Shown piece by piece: positions 26,324-35,910 of a stretch of DNA of 37,003 nucleotides. The notes beneath the pieces were generated by a model. That model saw nothing but the letters and a program-made list of their open reading frames with translations. It was not told the origin of the DNA and ran no database searches. The translations under genes and the position numbers were made by a program. The stretch is from Promethearchaeota archaeon. GTDB lineage: Archaea; Asgardarchaeota; Lokiarchaeia; Sigyniarchaeales; SOKP01. The stretch is from contig JAFGGO010000015.1 of NCBI GenBank assembly GCA_016930515.1, forward strand, positions 1 through 37,003, in the 5' to 3' direction. Each line of letters opens with the position of its first letter. Position 1 is the stretch's first letter.

Positions 26324-27775
26324 ATGAATTCTATTGAGCAAGTATTACGAATTGTGCTGGAACAAATAACACCCGCTCCCGAAGAAATCTATATCGTTAA
26401 CGAGATTGTTAATGTTCTTACAACCTTATTAAAACAATCCGCAAGCGAAATGGGTATACCTATTACTAATATCGAACCACAAGGCTCTACAGGGATCAAG
26501 CAAACTCATCTAAAAAACGATTTTGATATAGACATTTTTGTTGGATTGAATCATACATCGTATAAATTGAAGCATCCTGGTTTAAGCAAGAATAAGCAAA
26601 AAAAGGAATTTAAAAAAGATTTCTTAAATCTTTGCAACGATTGGATCTTGAAGTCCCTTTCACTGAAACAAATTCAAAATTCGAATATTTTATACGCAGA
26701 ACACCCCTATGTGAATGCAAGATTCGTTGATAAAGAAAAAAATCTCGATATCAAGCTCGATGTCGTGCTTTATTTCGACTTAACACTCGAATATATTAGA
26801 AAACATGGGCCCATAACCTCCGTTGATCGATCTCCGTGGCATGGGCGATTCGTAAGAGATAATCTATCAAGAGACCAAAAAAACGATGTAAGACTCCTAA
26901 AACAATTCTTCAAGAGCAATCATTGTTATGGAGATAAAAGTGCTCTTGGTAAGGGAGGCTTCATAGGATATAGTGCAGAATTGCTGATATACTATTACAA
27001 GAACATTATCAATGTTTTTAATTACTTTAAGGAGCTGAATTTAAAACCTTTAGACTATTTTAATAGAGATAAAACCGAGATCCGAGCAATACATCACTTT
27101 CAAAACGATTGTCTGATAATTATAGATCCCGTCGATAAGAACCGCAATGTTGCTTCAGCTATTTCAGAAAGAGCTTATAAATATTGTCGTCAAAGAATAA
27201 AAGAGTTTCTTAACTCTCCAAACGAAGATTTTTTTACGGTACAACCAATACCCGAAATTAAATCACTAGATCTTGCGAATTATTTCATTATTGAATGTAA
27301 AAATGTGGATAATAACATTCATTATACTATAAATAGGGATAAATTATACTCTTTAGCCGAAAGTCTGAAAAAAAACGGCGAAAAAGAATTTTCTCACGAG
27401 CAACGGTTTGGAGGAATAGAGTTTGAAGTGTACTTTGAAAGTGATATTGAGGAATACAACATTGTGATATATTGTGAGACACCAAAGATTTCATCTAAAT
27501 ACTTTAGAAGGGGACCTTTAATCCAAAATATATCTCATTCAATGAAATTCAAGCAAAAAAATCAAAATTATATCGAAAAGAATGGTTATTTATGGGTTGA
27601 AACCAAGAGAGATTTCGTAGAATTCCTCGCTTTTCTCAAGGATTTTGTTGAAATTCGTATTCCCAATAATTTAAAAATAACAAACATTGCAATTGGTGCT
27701 GCCGTTCAAACGAGATCTGGTAGGAGGGCATTGTACGCTTTAAAAAATTATGTACTGCCCTTTCTTAGTATTTAA
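26324..27775 (+). CDS. cca: CCA tRNA nucleotidyltransferase (archaeal class I)
   Basis: QGST...THLKNDFDIDIFV, YAEHPYV, SVDRSPWH, VRLLKQF, GFIGYSAELL, IIDPVDKNRNVASA, RRGP. Confidence 0.93.
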   Translation: MNSIEQVLRIVLEQITPAPEEIYIVNEIVNVLTTLLKQSASEMGIPITNIEPQGSTGIKQTHLKNDFDIDIFVGLNHTSYKLKHPGLSKNKQKKEFKKDFLNLCNDWILKSLSLKQIQNSNILYAEHPYVNARFVDKEKNLDIKLDVVLYFDLTLEYIRKHGPITSVDRSPWHGRFVRDNLSRDQKNDVRLLKQFFKSNHCYGDKSALGKGGFIGYSAELLIYYYKNIINVFNYFKELNLKPLDYFNRDKTEIRAIHHFQNDCLIIIDPVDKNRNVASAISERAYKYCRQRIKEFLNSPNEDFFTVQPIPEIKSLDLANYFIIECKNVDNNIHYTINRDKLYSLAESLKKNGEKEFSHEQRFGGIEFEVYFESDIEEYNIVIYCETPKISSKYFRRGPLIQNISHSMKFKQKNQNYIEKNGYLWVETKRDFVEFLAFLKDFVEIRIPNNLKITNIAIGAAVQTRSGRRALYALKNYVLPFLSI

Positions 27776-27785
27776 TATATTAATT

Positions 27786-28466
27786 ATGAAAAAAAATAAT
27801 AACGCAAATACGAATATCGTGAGTTTGGAAAGAATTAAATACATGATTATTGAATTAGAAGTAGATGAGATAAAAGATGCCATTCAAGAGATTCTTAACG
27901 CTCAAAAGATTGATCCTTTAGAAATAATAAAAATTATTTCTAGTGGAATGAAAGAAGTTGGTAGGAAATACGAACAAAAGGATTATTATCTTGCAGAGCT
28001 TATTCTTGCTGCTGAAACCGTTAAGAATGCCTTTGAAGTGATTAAACCTGTCATATCGAATGAACTTATCTCTAAAAGACCTGAAAAAGTAATACTTTGT
28101 ACGGTAAAGGGTGATCATCATGATATTGGAAAAAATCTAATTGGAACTCTGCTAAACATATCTGGATTTCAAGTTATTGATCTTGGAACGGATGTTGACG
28201 CTTCTTCGATAATTTCAACTATTCGAGAAACAAACGCGAGAATTGTTGCTCTCAGCACCCTACTTACGACAACAGCCCCTCAAATTGAGATTGTTCACCA
28301 TAACTTGATAGAAGCGGGTTTGAGGGATAAGGTTTCCCTCATAGTTGGGGGAGCGCCTCTGGATGCTCAACTTGCTATTCAATTTGGCGCAGATGCATAT
28401 GGAGAGAACGCCCTTGATGGAGTCAAGCAAATTATAAAATTATCTAAAGATATAACATCAAGCTAA
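27786..28466 (+). CDS. Corrinoid (B12-binding) protein, methyltransferase cognate type (MtbC/MttC-like)
   Basis: Cap domain GMKEVGRKY...YYLAELILAA, base-off motif GDHHDIGKN, VIDLGTDV, VGGAP, GADAY. ATG 27786 preferred over 27750, which overlaps cca. Confidence 0.93.
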   Translation: MKKNNNANTNIVSLERIKYMIIELEVDEIKDAIQEILNAQKIDPLEIIKIISSGMKEVGRKYEQKDYYLAELILAAETVKNAFEVIKPVISNELISKRPEKVILCTVKGDHHDIGKNLIGTLLNISGFQVIDLGTDVDASSIISTIRETNARIVALSTLLTTTAPQIEIVHHNLIEAGLRDKVSLIVGGAPLDAQLAIQFGADAYGENALDGVKQIIKLSKDITSS

Positions 28467-28766
28467 AAGTGAAAAAAGATGGATTAGTATAATGGATTCT
28501 TCTTCTTGATCTGTTCTAAGTAAAATATCGCTAAAAATAATAATATTATATTGATTTCTTCTAGATAATGTTTTTCGTTAGGGTTTTTAAAATTCATATT
28601 ACTATTTTGAAAAAACGCAAAAATCGCTCTTTAATGCTCTTATTCGTAAAATTTTTTAATTTTCTCGCATTTAATTCTTTCAATTTAGTCTCGAAATTAT
28701 GCAGTAAAACAACAATTATTTCTTAATTTTACGAGAATAAACAACTAAAATTGATAAGTGAACATT

Positions 28767-31019
28767 ATGGTTAAAGTAAAAAACCCTGAAGAAATTCAAA
28801 ACTTGATAATAAAGGGTTCGTACGAAAAAAAAAGGATTTTTAGTATCGTAGCTCACATAGACCATGGTAAAACGACCGCTTCTGATTACCTCATGAGGAG
28901 GGCGGGTCTCATGCGAGAAGAAGACGCAGGACAGCTCCAAATGACCGATTCTGATGAGGAAGAACAGGAAAGAGGAATTACAATTTTTACTAGCGTCGTC
29001 CTATTGGCTTTTAACGATCCTAGAAAACCGAAAGACGAAGAACCGTATATATTTCAGATTAACGACACTCCCGGACACATATCGTTCACGGGAGAAGTAT
29101 CTCGAGCACTTCGAGGCAGTGACGGTGCCATTATATTGGTAGATGCTCTCGAAGGCATAATGACACAAACGGAAACGAATATTCGCTTGGCAGTAGGAGA
29201 AGAGTTATCCAAGCCCGTTCTATTCATTAATAAGGTCGATCGATTGATCGCAGAGCTCAAGCTTAAACCAGCTGATGTGTTCCAAAAAATCGACGCAATC
29301 ACTAAAGAAATTAACGACCTCATCAAAAAAATTAGACCAGAAGGATTTGATTGGGGTGTTGATTTTGCCAAGAATTCCGTGGCCATTGGTTCAGCAAAGC
29401 ATGGCTGGGGATTTACTTACGAGATCTTGTTAGAAAAGGGACTAAAGCCCCAAAATGTCTTCGAAAAATACGCTGAAGGAGACATCCAATGGTTAAGAGA
29501 CACCCTTCCTTTGGACGAAAGCTTGCTCAGAATGGTTGTCGATCACCTTCCAGACCCTATCAGTGCGGCAAAATACAGGATTCCACACATCTGGAGCGGT
29601 GATCTTAATTCCGAATTAGGTCAAGCCTTACAAAAAAGCGATCCAAACGGTCCATTGTACGGAATGATTACAAAAATTTTCTTGGATCCCAAGAAAAACT
29701 ACCAAGCAACGCTCATTGGTCGTGTCTTTTCAGGTACTTTCGACCAAACAGATTCTATTTACCTTATTGGAAGTAGGAATACTAATCGAGTCAAACGCTT
29801 GGGCGTCATGGAAATAACGGATATATTAGATGTTCCTAAAGTACCCGCTGGGAATTTATTTGCCATGTTTGGATTTATTTGCCCATCAGGTGAAACCTTC
29901 ATGAACGCAGAGGATCTGCCGAAGAACAAAGAAGAACAGAAAAAGATACCCTCATTTGAAACCATACAATACGCTTGCGAGCCTGTAGTGTCTCGTAGCA
30001 TTAAATCGAAAGATCCTCACGATATTGACAAGCTCACGGAAGTAGTAAGTAAATGGCTCCAGGCAGATCCCACGGCGGAATACCGAATGGATAAAGAATC
30101 TGGAGAATTCATCTTAAGTGGTATTGATCCTTTACAAATTGAAATCCTCACCAAGCGTATTAATAACCAAGTTGAAATCGTTATAGGAGAACCAATTATC
30201 GTTTATAGGGAAAAAATCACGAAAAAAAGCAAGGATTATCATACCAAATCTGCCAACACTCATAATCGAATCTTGTTATTTATGGAACCTTTAGACGAAC
30301 AGACAGAGAAATTAATTGAATCAGGCAGGATTCACGATCTACAGGACGAAAAAGAGCGAGCAACCATTCTTAGAGACGAATTAGGGTGGGACGCAAAAGA
30401 GGCTCGTCGTATTGTCGATGTATATCAAGGGAGCTTGCTAGTAAACGGAACTTCTGGTTTGCAAAGGTTCGACAAGGTAAAATCCTATTTAGTGGCGTCA
30501 TTTAGAGATTGGCTTGGTCAATGCATTCTTGCTAAAGAACCCGCTGCTGGTATGAAAATAACCTTTACTGACATGACCATCCACGAGGATACGAGACATA
30601 CGGGATATGGTCAGATTGCTGGAATGGTCTGGTCGGCAATGTCGTTAGCAATGCTCGACGCAGGACCTCATTTATATGAACCCATACAGAAAATTGATAT
30701 TAAAACTCCAGAAGGAACCGAAGGTAGCGTCAGCGGAATTATCAACAAGCGACGGGGAAGAATTTCCAACGTCATTCCTGAAGGAGAATACGTGCGAGTT
30801 CAAGGACAAATTCCTGCCGCAGAAACTATTGGTATCGCTGACGAAATTCGAGGTGCTACTCAAGGACGAGCGTTCTTTGGATACGAATTCTCAGGATTCG
30901 AAAGAGTACCGGGAAGCTTGGAAGAAAAACTCATTTTAGAAATTCGTAAGCGTAAAGGAATGCCCGAAGAATTGCCTTCAGGAAAGTCCTGGGATAGATT
31001 TATCTACAAAAGAACCTAA
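28767..31019 (+). CDS. fusA: Elongation factor EF-2, probably the archaeal paralog (aEF-2p)
   Basis: AHIDHGKT, ERGITI, DTPGH, NKVD, GRVFSG, EPVV. Diphthamide loop reads HEDTRHTG instead of HxDxxHRG. Not next to rps7/rps12. ATG 28767; alternative GTG 28758. Confidence 0.93.
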   Translation: MVKVKNPEEIQNLIIKGSYEKKRIFSIVAHIDHGKTTASDYLMRRAGLMREEDAGQLQMTDSDEEEQERGITIFTSVVLLAFNDPRKPKDEEPYIFQINDTPGHISFTGEVSRALRGSDGAIILVDALEGIMTQTETNIRLAVGEELSKPVLFINKVDRLIAELKLKPADVFQKIDAITKEINDLIKKIRPEGFDWGVDFAKNSVAIGSAKHGWGFTYEILLEKGLKPQNVFEKYAEGDIQWLRDTLPLDESLLRMVVDHLPDPISAAKYRIPHIWSGDLNSELGQALQKSDPNGPLYGMITKIFLDPKKNYQATLIGRVFSGTFDQTDSIYLIGSRNTNRVKRLGVMEITDILDVPKVPAGNLFAMFGFICPSGETFMNAEDLPKNKEEQKKIPSFETIQYACEPVVSRSIKSKDPHDIDKLTEVVSKWLQADPTAEYRMDKESGEFILSGIDPLQIEILTKRINNQVEIVIGEPIIVYREKITKKSKDYHTKSANTHNRILLFMEPLDEQTEKLIESGRIHDLQDEKERATILRDELGWDAKEARRIVDVYQGSLLVNGTSGLQRFDKVKSYLVASFRDWLGQCILAKEPAAGMKITFTDMTIHEDTRHTGYGQIAGMVWSAMSLAMLDAGPHLYEPIQKIDIKTPEGTEGSVSGIINKRRGRISNVIPEGEYVRVQGQIPAAETIGIADEIRGATQGRAFFGYEFSGFERVPGSLEEKLILEIRKRKGMPEELPSGKSWDRFIYKRT

Positions 31020-31027
31020 ATCATTAA

Positions 31028-31080
31028 TTTATTTTTTTTATTTTTTCTTTTTATTTTATCAATTTATGATCTGTTTTTTT
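31028..31080 (+). terminator. Oligo-T terminator region between convergent EF-2 and HAD genes
   Basis: Several T runs right after the EF-2 stop, followed by A runs (31081-31111) that read as T runs for the minus-strand gene. Confidence 0.45.
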
Positions 31081-31133
31081 AAAGTAAATTAATAAAGAAA
31101 ATATAAAAAAAAGTAGTGAAAGCCCCTTATTAT

Positions 31134-31844
31134 TTAGATATTAAAAACTGTTTTGAGTTCTTTCGGTTCGTCAATTAAAACATCAGGATTGAGTTCTACC
31201 AAAGCGTTCTTTTTAGCTAACCCGGTTGCAACCGATACTACTTTCACATTTGCCGCTTTACCCGCAAGGATGTCAGATGTCATATCACCAATGAAAACTG
31301 CGTTATTATTTTTTACATTCCATTTATTAAGTATCTTGAGAATACCTTCTGGACTGGGTTTATTTTCGTTAACATCGTTAAATCCGATGATTACATCGAA
31401 ATACTTGCTAATATTATATTTATCAAGTATCTCTTCTGCGTATGTGCTCTTATTATTCGTTAAAACGGCTAGCTTAACCTTTTTAGACAAGCTTGATAAT
31501 AATCCATCGATCCCTTCGAATAATTTCGCACTTTTTCGGTATTCGTTGAATTGATTGAATAAAAACACTACTATCCTCATTTTTTTAAAATAACTCAACC
31601 CTTTAAAAAATGAAGCGTCCTTTAGTAAGGTGTAAGAATTTAAAATTATTTGAGGAAGCGGGTAATTTTGTACGTCTTCTAAGAGGTGAGCAACTTCTTG
31701 GAGGGCGTTATCGAGGTCAACTTTCATCTTGTATTTTTCGACACCATCTTGAACTGCTTTTCGAATTGAAGGTCCCACATCGTATATCACGCCATCTAGA
31801 TCAAATATGATGCCTTTGATTGTGCTCAAATCAATTGTTCCCAT
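31134..31844 (-). CDS. HAD-superfamily hydrolase (phosphoglycolate phosphatase-like)
   Basis: Motif I FDLDGV, motif II VLTN, motif III KPSPEG, motif IV FIGDMTSD. Confidence 0.93.
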   Translation of the reverse strand: MGTIDLSTIKGIIFDLDGVIYDVGPSIRKAVQDGVEKYKMKVDLDNALQEVAHLLEDVQNYPLPQIILNSYTLLKDASFFKGLSYFKKMRIVVFLFNQFNEYRKSAKLFEGIDGLLSSLSKKVKLAVLTNNKSTYAEEILDKYNISKYFDVIIGFNDVNENKPSPEGILKILNKWNVKNNNAVFIGDMTSDILAGKAANVKVVSVATGLAKKNALVELNPDVLIDEPKELKTVFNI

Positions 31845-31977
31845 GATGAGTTGAATAAATGATTAAATTAATTTTAATTTAATCAATTCGCAGGAATTTT
31901 TTAATCCCTTTTTCCTTAAACCTCCGAGCTAAATCGGAAATTTTATTTAATATCCTACACTACAGTACTCATAAAAA

Positions 31978-32011
31978 TCAATGATTTATGATAATATACT
32001 TGATATATTGG
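31978..32011 (+). promoter_or_regulatory. Candidate K-turn/K-loop in rpl7ae 5' UTR (autoregulation site)
   Basis: UAU-GA-UA-AUAUAC-UU-GA gives tandem G.A pairs, U.U and A-U pairs, with an outer CAAU/AUUG stem. TATA-like ttttatttaa at 31941-31950. Confidence 0.4.
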
Positions 32012-32022
32012 AATGAGAAAAC

Positions 32023-32394
32023 ATGAGTTATGTAAAATTTAAAATACCAGAAAACTTGCAATCGGCAATAAAAAACGCCGTTCAGACGATAGCAGAAGCG
32101 AAAGATAGCAAGATACGAAAAGGAATGAACGAAGTTACCAAGTCAATAGAACGTGGAACTTCCAAACTCGTAATTATGGCAGAAGATGTGAGTCCTCCCG
32201 AAATATTATTTCACATCCCATTATTGTGCGAAGAGAAAAAAATTCCTTATGCTTATGTCGCTACGCGTAAAGAAGTTGGAAATATAGCAAAGATTAATGT
32301 AAGCGCGAGCGCGATTTCCATCGATAGTGTAGGTTCAGGAAACGATAACATTCTCAAGGATATCGTCAAGAAAGTTAATGAGTTGAAAAAATAG
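32023..32394 (+). CDS. rpl7ae: 50S ribosomal protein L7Ae
   Basis: SYVKF, KIRKGMNEVTKSIERG, LVIMAEDVSPPEI..HIPLLCEEKKIPY. Confidence 0.98.
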   Translation: MSYVKFKIPENLQSAIKNAVQTIAEAKDSKIRKGMNEVTKSIERGTSKLVIMAEDVSPPEILFHIPLLCEEKKIPYAYVATRKEVGNIAKINVSASAISIDSVGSGNDNILKDIVKKVNELKK

Positions 32395-32410
32395 ACCTTG
32401 GTGAAAGTGT

Positions 32411-32665
32411 TTGGTTAAATTAGACAAGTCAAAAGGGGATGGTGGTTCTTCAGATGACGATCAATCCATCCCCGCACAAGTCATCCAAATAGTTGGACGA
32501 ACTGGACTCACGGGAGAGATCTCTCAAATAAAGGTAAGACTTCTTGAAGGAAGAGATAAAAATCGTATTCTTACTCGAAATGTGAAAGGTCCCATACGTG
32601 TAGATGATGTTATCATTCTCAGAGAAGTCGAACGGGAAGCAAGAAAATTAAGGAAAAAAAGATAG
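32411..32665 (+). CDS. rps28e: 30S ribosomal protein S28e
   Basis: [39 protein letters not shown]...LRE.EREAR. TTG start with GGTGA SD at 32400-32404. Confidence 0.97.
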   Translation: MVKLDKSKGDGGSSDDDQSIPAQVIQIVGRTGLTGEISQIKVRLLEGRDKNRILTRNVKGPIRVDDVIILREVEREARKLRKKR

Positions 32666-32701
32666 ATAGAATTTTTTATATTCATTTTAAATTTATGGGT
32701 T

Positions 32702-32730
32702 AACCTCTAGTTGTCTGTTTAGAGGGTTTT
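32702..32730. terminator. Small hairpin between convergent rps28e and RHH genes
   Basis: cctctag (32704-32710) pairs with ttagagg (32719-32725), followed by T runs. Confidence 0.25.
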
Positions 32731-32765
32731 AATTCTAATTTTTTCAAAAAATAAAAAAAAGATTA

Positions 32766-33023
32766 TTATTCATTCTCAATTTTTTCCTTGAGAATTAAAT
32801 CAATAAAATCTAAAGTTTCAAATTCCTTTGCTAAAAATTCTTTTAAAGCGATTCTGATAGCTTCAGATCTGCTAGGAATCAGCTTGAGTGAAATTAACTT
32901 TTGTATGATGTCATCGTATTGGTTTGGAATGTTGATGGTAATATTTTTCATGGGTTCTTTTAATTCTTCATCCGAATCGTTGAATCGATGTTTTCTTCCA
33001 TATTCTTCTAAGAAATGTGCCAT
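32766..33023 (-). CDS. Ribbon-helix-helix (CopG/Arc/MetJ family) transcription regulator
   Basis: KNITINIP beta-ribbon, helix, PSRSEAIRIALKEFL. SD AGGAG upstream of ATG. Confidence 0.88.
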   Translation of the reverse strand: MAHFLEEYGRKHRFNDSDEELKEPMKNITINIPNQYDDIIQKLISLKLIPSRSEAIRIALKEFLAKEFETLDFIDLILKEKIENE

Positions 33024-33335
33024 TGTAACATCTCCTTTGTTTTTTAGATAAAAATTATTGTTAATTGATTTGAATAAACTTAAGTAAAATAGCCGGTATG
33101 TTATATTCCCTATACTATTTCCGCTTTTCCTTTATATTACTATTTAGTAATTACTCTTTTATAAAATTATGCCCTATTTAAAGCGCTTATATAATGTAGT
33201 CCATATCAGATGCAAGATTTTCAGTTTGGAAACAAGAATTTAATAAGCAACTAAACAGTTAGCAATCATTATTTGAAAATTGATGAACAGAAATTTATAT
33301 GCAATTCAATGGGGATTAGAATATCAGATGAGCGT

Positions 33336-34013
33336 TTACATTCTATCCTTTTTTTTTACATATCTACCACGCGTTTCAATAACAGATATATTTTTAATGA
33401 TTTCTTTAGCGTTGTTAGGGCTATTTAATTCGTATTCAGCATTATATCCATCTAAAAACGCTTGAAAGCATGTCTTTTGTAGGTTACCGTGAGATGATTG
33501 CAAGACTCTTTTGAAAAGGTGTAAATCAACGCTTTTATCTTCGATAGAATCGGAGTATTCATGTAAGCCAAAGTCAATGAGAAAAATTTCTTCATCTGGT
33601 GTCACTATAATATTTGAAGTCGTTATATCGCCGTGTATATGACCGTTATAGTGGAGTTTTGCTATAAAAACACCAATTATATTGAAATATTCCTTAAGTT
33701 TCTCTTTTTGAAGCGAATTCATTAATTCCTTCATTTTCTTTCCTGGAATGTATTTCATTACAATCGTTGATGTGATCGGATCTATATCGTATACTTGAGG
33801 GCAATTAACTCCATAATTTTTTACTTTAATGAGTGCCTTAGCCTCGCTAAATGTTCTTTTAGTTCTTATAAAGGTATCTAATTGTTCTATCCGATAATTT
33901 TTTGCAACTCGTTCCTTAAAAATGACATCCTTACCAAACCACTTTCCCTTAAATAGCGTGGCCTCAGCTCCCTTTTGAACGATCTCTCCCTTAACTATAT
34001 TTTCCTTTACCAT
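33336..34013 (-). CDS. bud32: KEOPS complex kinase/ATPase Bud32
   Basis: QKGAEA, K.YR...LD..IR..RT..EA, IHGDITTSN, LIDFGL, EDKSVDL, ETRGRY. Directly downstream of kae1. Confidence 0.96.
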   Translation of the reverse strand: MVKENIVKGEIVQKGAEATLFKGKWFGKDVIFKERVAKNYRIEQLDTFIRTKRTFSEAKALIKVKNYGVNCPQVYDIDPITSTIVMKYIPGKKMKELMNSLQKEKLKEYFNIIGVFIAKLHYNGHIHGDITTSNIIVTPDEEIFLIDFGLHEYSDSIEDKSVDLHLFKRVLQSSHGNLQKTCFQAFLDGYNAEYELNSPNNAKEIIKNISVIETRGRYVKKKDRM

Positions 34014-34014
34014 G

Positions 34015-35031
34015 TTAATGATCCCTCCAAGGAATGCTGATTTTATCCATTCGTTCTTTCGGTTGTATCGAAGTCTCTGAAATGTCGTGAGAACCCATTG
34101 TTAAATACCTGAGTATCCCCGTCCACCCAATCATCACGCCATTATCTCCGGCGAACTTCAAGGGAACGACCTCGAATCTAGCAGCGTGCTCCTTGCTAAT
34201 GTATCGAATCATGTCTTGAAGCCTACGATTAGCCGCTACTCCTCCGGTTAAAAGAACTTCCGTTTTTCCAGTATGTGCAAGCGCTCGCTCGGTAACTTCT
34301 GTTAACATGGAAAAAGCTGTTTCTTGGAGGGAATAGGCTACATCGCTCAATGTATATTTAATTCCGAAATCCTTTGATTCTATCATTCGTTTTGCCGCAG
34401 TAAAAAGTCCAGAAAAAGATAAGTCCATTCCTTTTACAACATATGGTAGTTGAATGTATTGTTTAGCTTCAAGAGCGATGTTCTCGATTTTCGGGCCTCC
34501 AGGATGGGCCAGATTGACGAATCGAGCAAAAGAATCGATCATGTTTCCAATTGGCAAGTCTAATGTTTCACCAAAAATTTGATATCGATTCGACTCAAAA
34601 GCACTCACTATGGTATTTCCTCCCGAAACATATAATGTGAGCGGATCTTCAACATTACACATTAACCTGCCGATTTCAATATGAGCAACGCAATGATTCA
34701 CGCCAACAATTGGAATGTTAAGAAGTTGGCTGAGCATTCGAGATACTAAAGCACCAATCTTTAACACGGGTGCTAGCCCTGGACTCTGACTAAAAGCAAT
34801 AAGATCAATTTCTTTCATTGAACAACCTGCTTCTGATAAAGCCTTACGAACGATTTTCATGAAATTAGCAAGGTGCTGTTCTCGAACTTGTACAGGGTGT
34901 AATCCGCCCTTATCGGGAACGAACATGTCGTTTATTCTACTATAAACATTTCCTTTAAAATCTAATATTCCAACTCCAAATGTATGGGCAGTGCTTTCGA
35001 TTCCAAGACAAATTTTATTATTGAATTTCAT
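34015..35031 (-). CDS. kae1: KEOPS t6A synthase Kae1
   Basis: LGIESTAHTFGVGI, VNHCVAHIEIG, LYVSGGNT, FGETLD, HPGGP, VVKGMDLSFSG, GGVAAN, DNG.MI. ATG 35031; alternative ATG 35058. Confidence 0.97.
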   Translation of the reverse strand: MKFNNKICLGIESTAHTFGVGILDFKGNVYSRINDMFVPDKGGLHPVQVREQHLANFMKIVRKALSEAGCSMKEIDLIAFSQSPGLAPVLKIGALVSRMLSQLLNIPIVGVNHCVAHIEIGRLMCNVEDPLTLYVSGGNTIVSAFESNRYQIFGETLDLPIGNMIDSFARFVNLAHPGGPKIENIALEAKQYIQLPYVVKGMDLSFSGLFTAAKRMIESKDFGIKYTLSDVAYSLQETAFSMLTEVTERALAHTGKTEVLLTGGVAANRRLQDMIRYISKEHAARFEVVPLKFAGDNGVMIGWTGILRYLTMGSHDISETSIQPKERMDKISIPWRDH

Positions 35032-35126
35032 GTAAAAGTCCTCAGCGTGGCCATCCATATTAGATGGAATTTAAAGAAATAAAAATTAGAAGGGTAAAAG
35101 TCGTTTTATTGTTAAAAATTAATAGT

Positions 35127-35357
35127 TTATGTTGATTTTGTGCGCTTTCTTGGAGATCGTCTCGAAGATGTCCTACCACTACCTGTAGATGTGGCTGCTT
35201 TTCCCTTTCTTTTAAACACCGTGTATCCACAATGCCCACAACTTGACCTGTCGTAATGGTCTCCTAAGAAATAACTTGGTCCGCATTTAGGGCACGCCCT
35301 ATGAGTTCGAACTAGTTTATCTCCCTCAACTTGATAATATTTTGATGCGTCTTTCAT
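35127..35357 (-). CDS. rps27ae: 30S ribosomal protein S27ae (eS31) with basic C-terminal tail
   Basis: YYQVEGDKLVR, CPKCGP..FL..H.DR..CGHCGYT. Canonical position after rps24e. Confidence 0.96.
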   Translation of the reverse strand: MKDASKYYQVEGDKLVRTHRACPKCGPSYFLGDHYDRSSCGHCGYTVFKRKGKAATSTGSGRTSSRRSPRKRTKST

Positions 35358-35389
35358 TTATATCAGGTAAGATTTTTTGATTTTTATTA

Positions 35390-35746
35390 TTATTCTTGAT
35401 TAAAAAGGTGTTTATAAGGCTCCTTTCTTCTTTTAAGTTGATAAATTTCGTTTCTCTTTTCTTTTGGTAGATTCCTCACTCTTATGTGAAAAGGTTCGAA
35501 ATATTCTAAATCTTCAATTTTATCGTATATGTATACTTTTCCACTTGAGTGTGAACTACCAAAATGAGATTCGATTTTTTTCATTACAGTAAGTTTAGCA
35601 TCTGAATTTTTCATGGCACAGATTTTATTTTTTACTTCTAATCGATTTGGAGTGCTTGTCCCAAAGTGTTCCAATTTAAATTCTATTTCTGTTCTGTCTA
35701 TTAAGGGATTTTTTCCTTCTTTAGTGATTTCTAGTTTAAACGACAT
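35390..35746 (-). CDS. rps24e: 30S ribosomal protein S24e
   Basis: NPLIDRTEI.F, STPNR.EV, I.SHFG....G...IY, EP.HI..RN. Confidence 0.95.
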   Translation of the reverse strand: MSFKLEITKEGKNPLIDRTEIEFKLEHFGTSTPNRLEVKNKICAMKNSDAKLTVMKKIESHFGSSHSSGKVYIYDKIEDLEYFEPFHIRVRNLPKEKRNEIYQLKRRKEPYKHLFNQE

Positions 35747-35910
35747 GACTTACAATACGAATTATATTATGTTCAAAATTATGAAAATATATTGATGTAT
35801 TTAAGATAAAATTTTTGTTTTTTTATAGTACCATGAATTCTTAGTTATTTTCTTCCTTTAAAAAAGAGTTTTAGGTTGCTTTCTGAATTCTAATAAAAAA
35901 ATAATGTTCT

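Noticed and set aside
28467-28766. 300-nt gap before EF-2 as a hidden ncRNA or small gene
   Set aside because: Very AT-rich, with no stable helices or credible ORF seen; consistent with terminator plus promoter.
33280-33465. 61 aa hydrophobic plus-strand ORF
   Set aside because: Mostly antisense to the conserved bud32 3' end; the hydrophobicity reflects antisense Lys/Glu codons.
35127-35389. Ubiquitin-S27a fusion as in eukaryotes
   Set aside because: Only 32 nt separate rps24e and rps27ae; there is no ubiquitin-like coding sequence.
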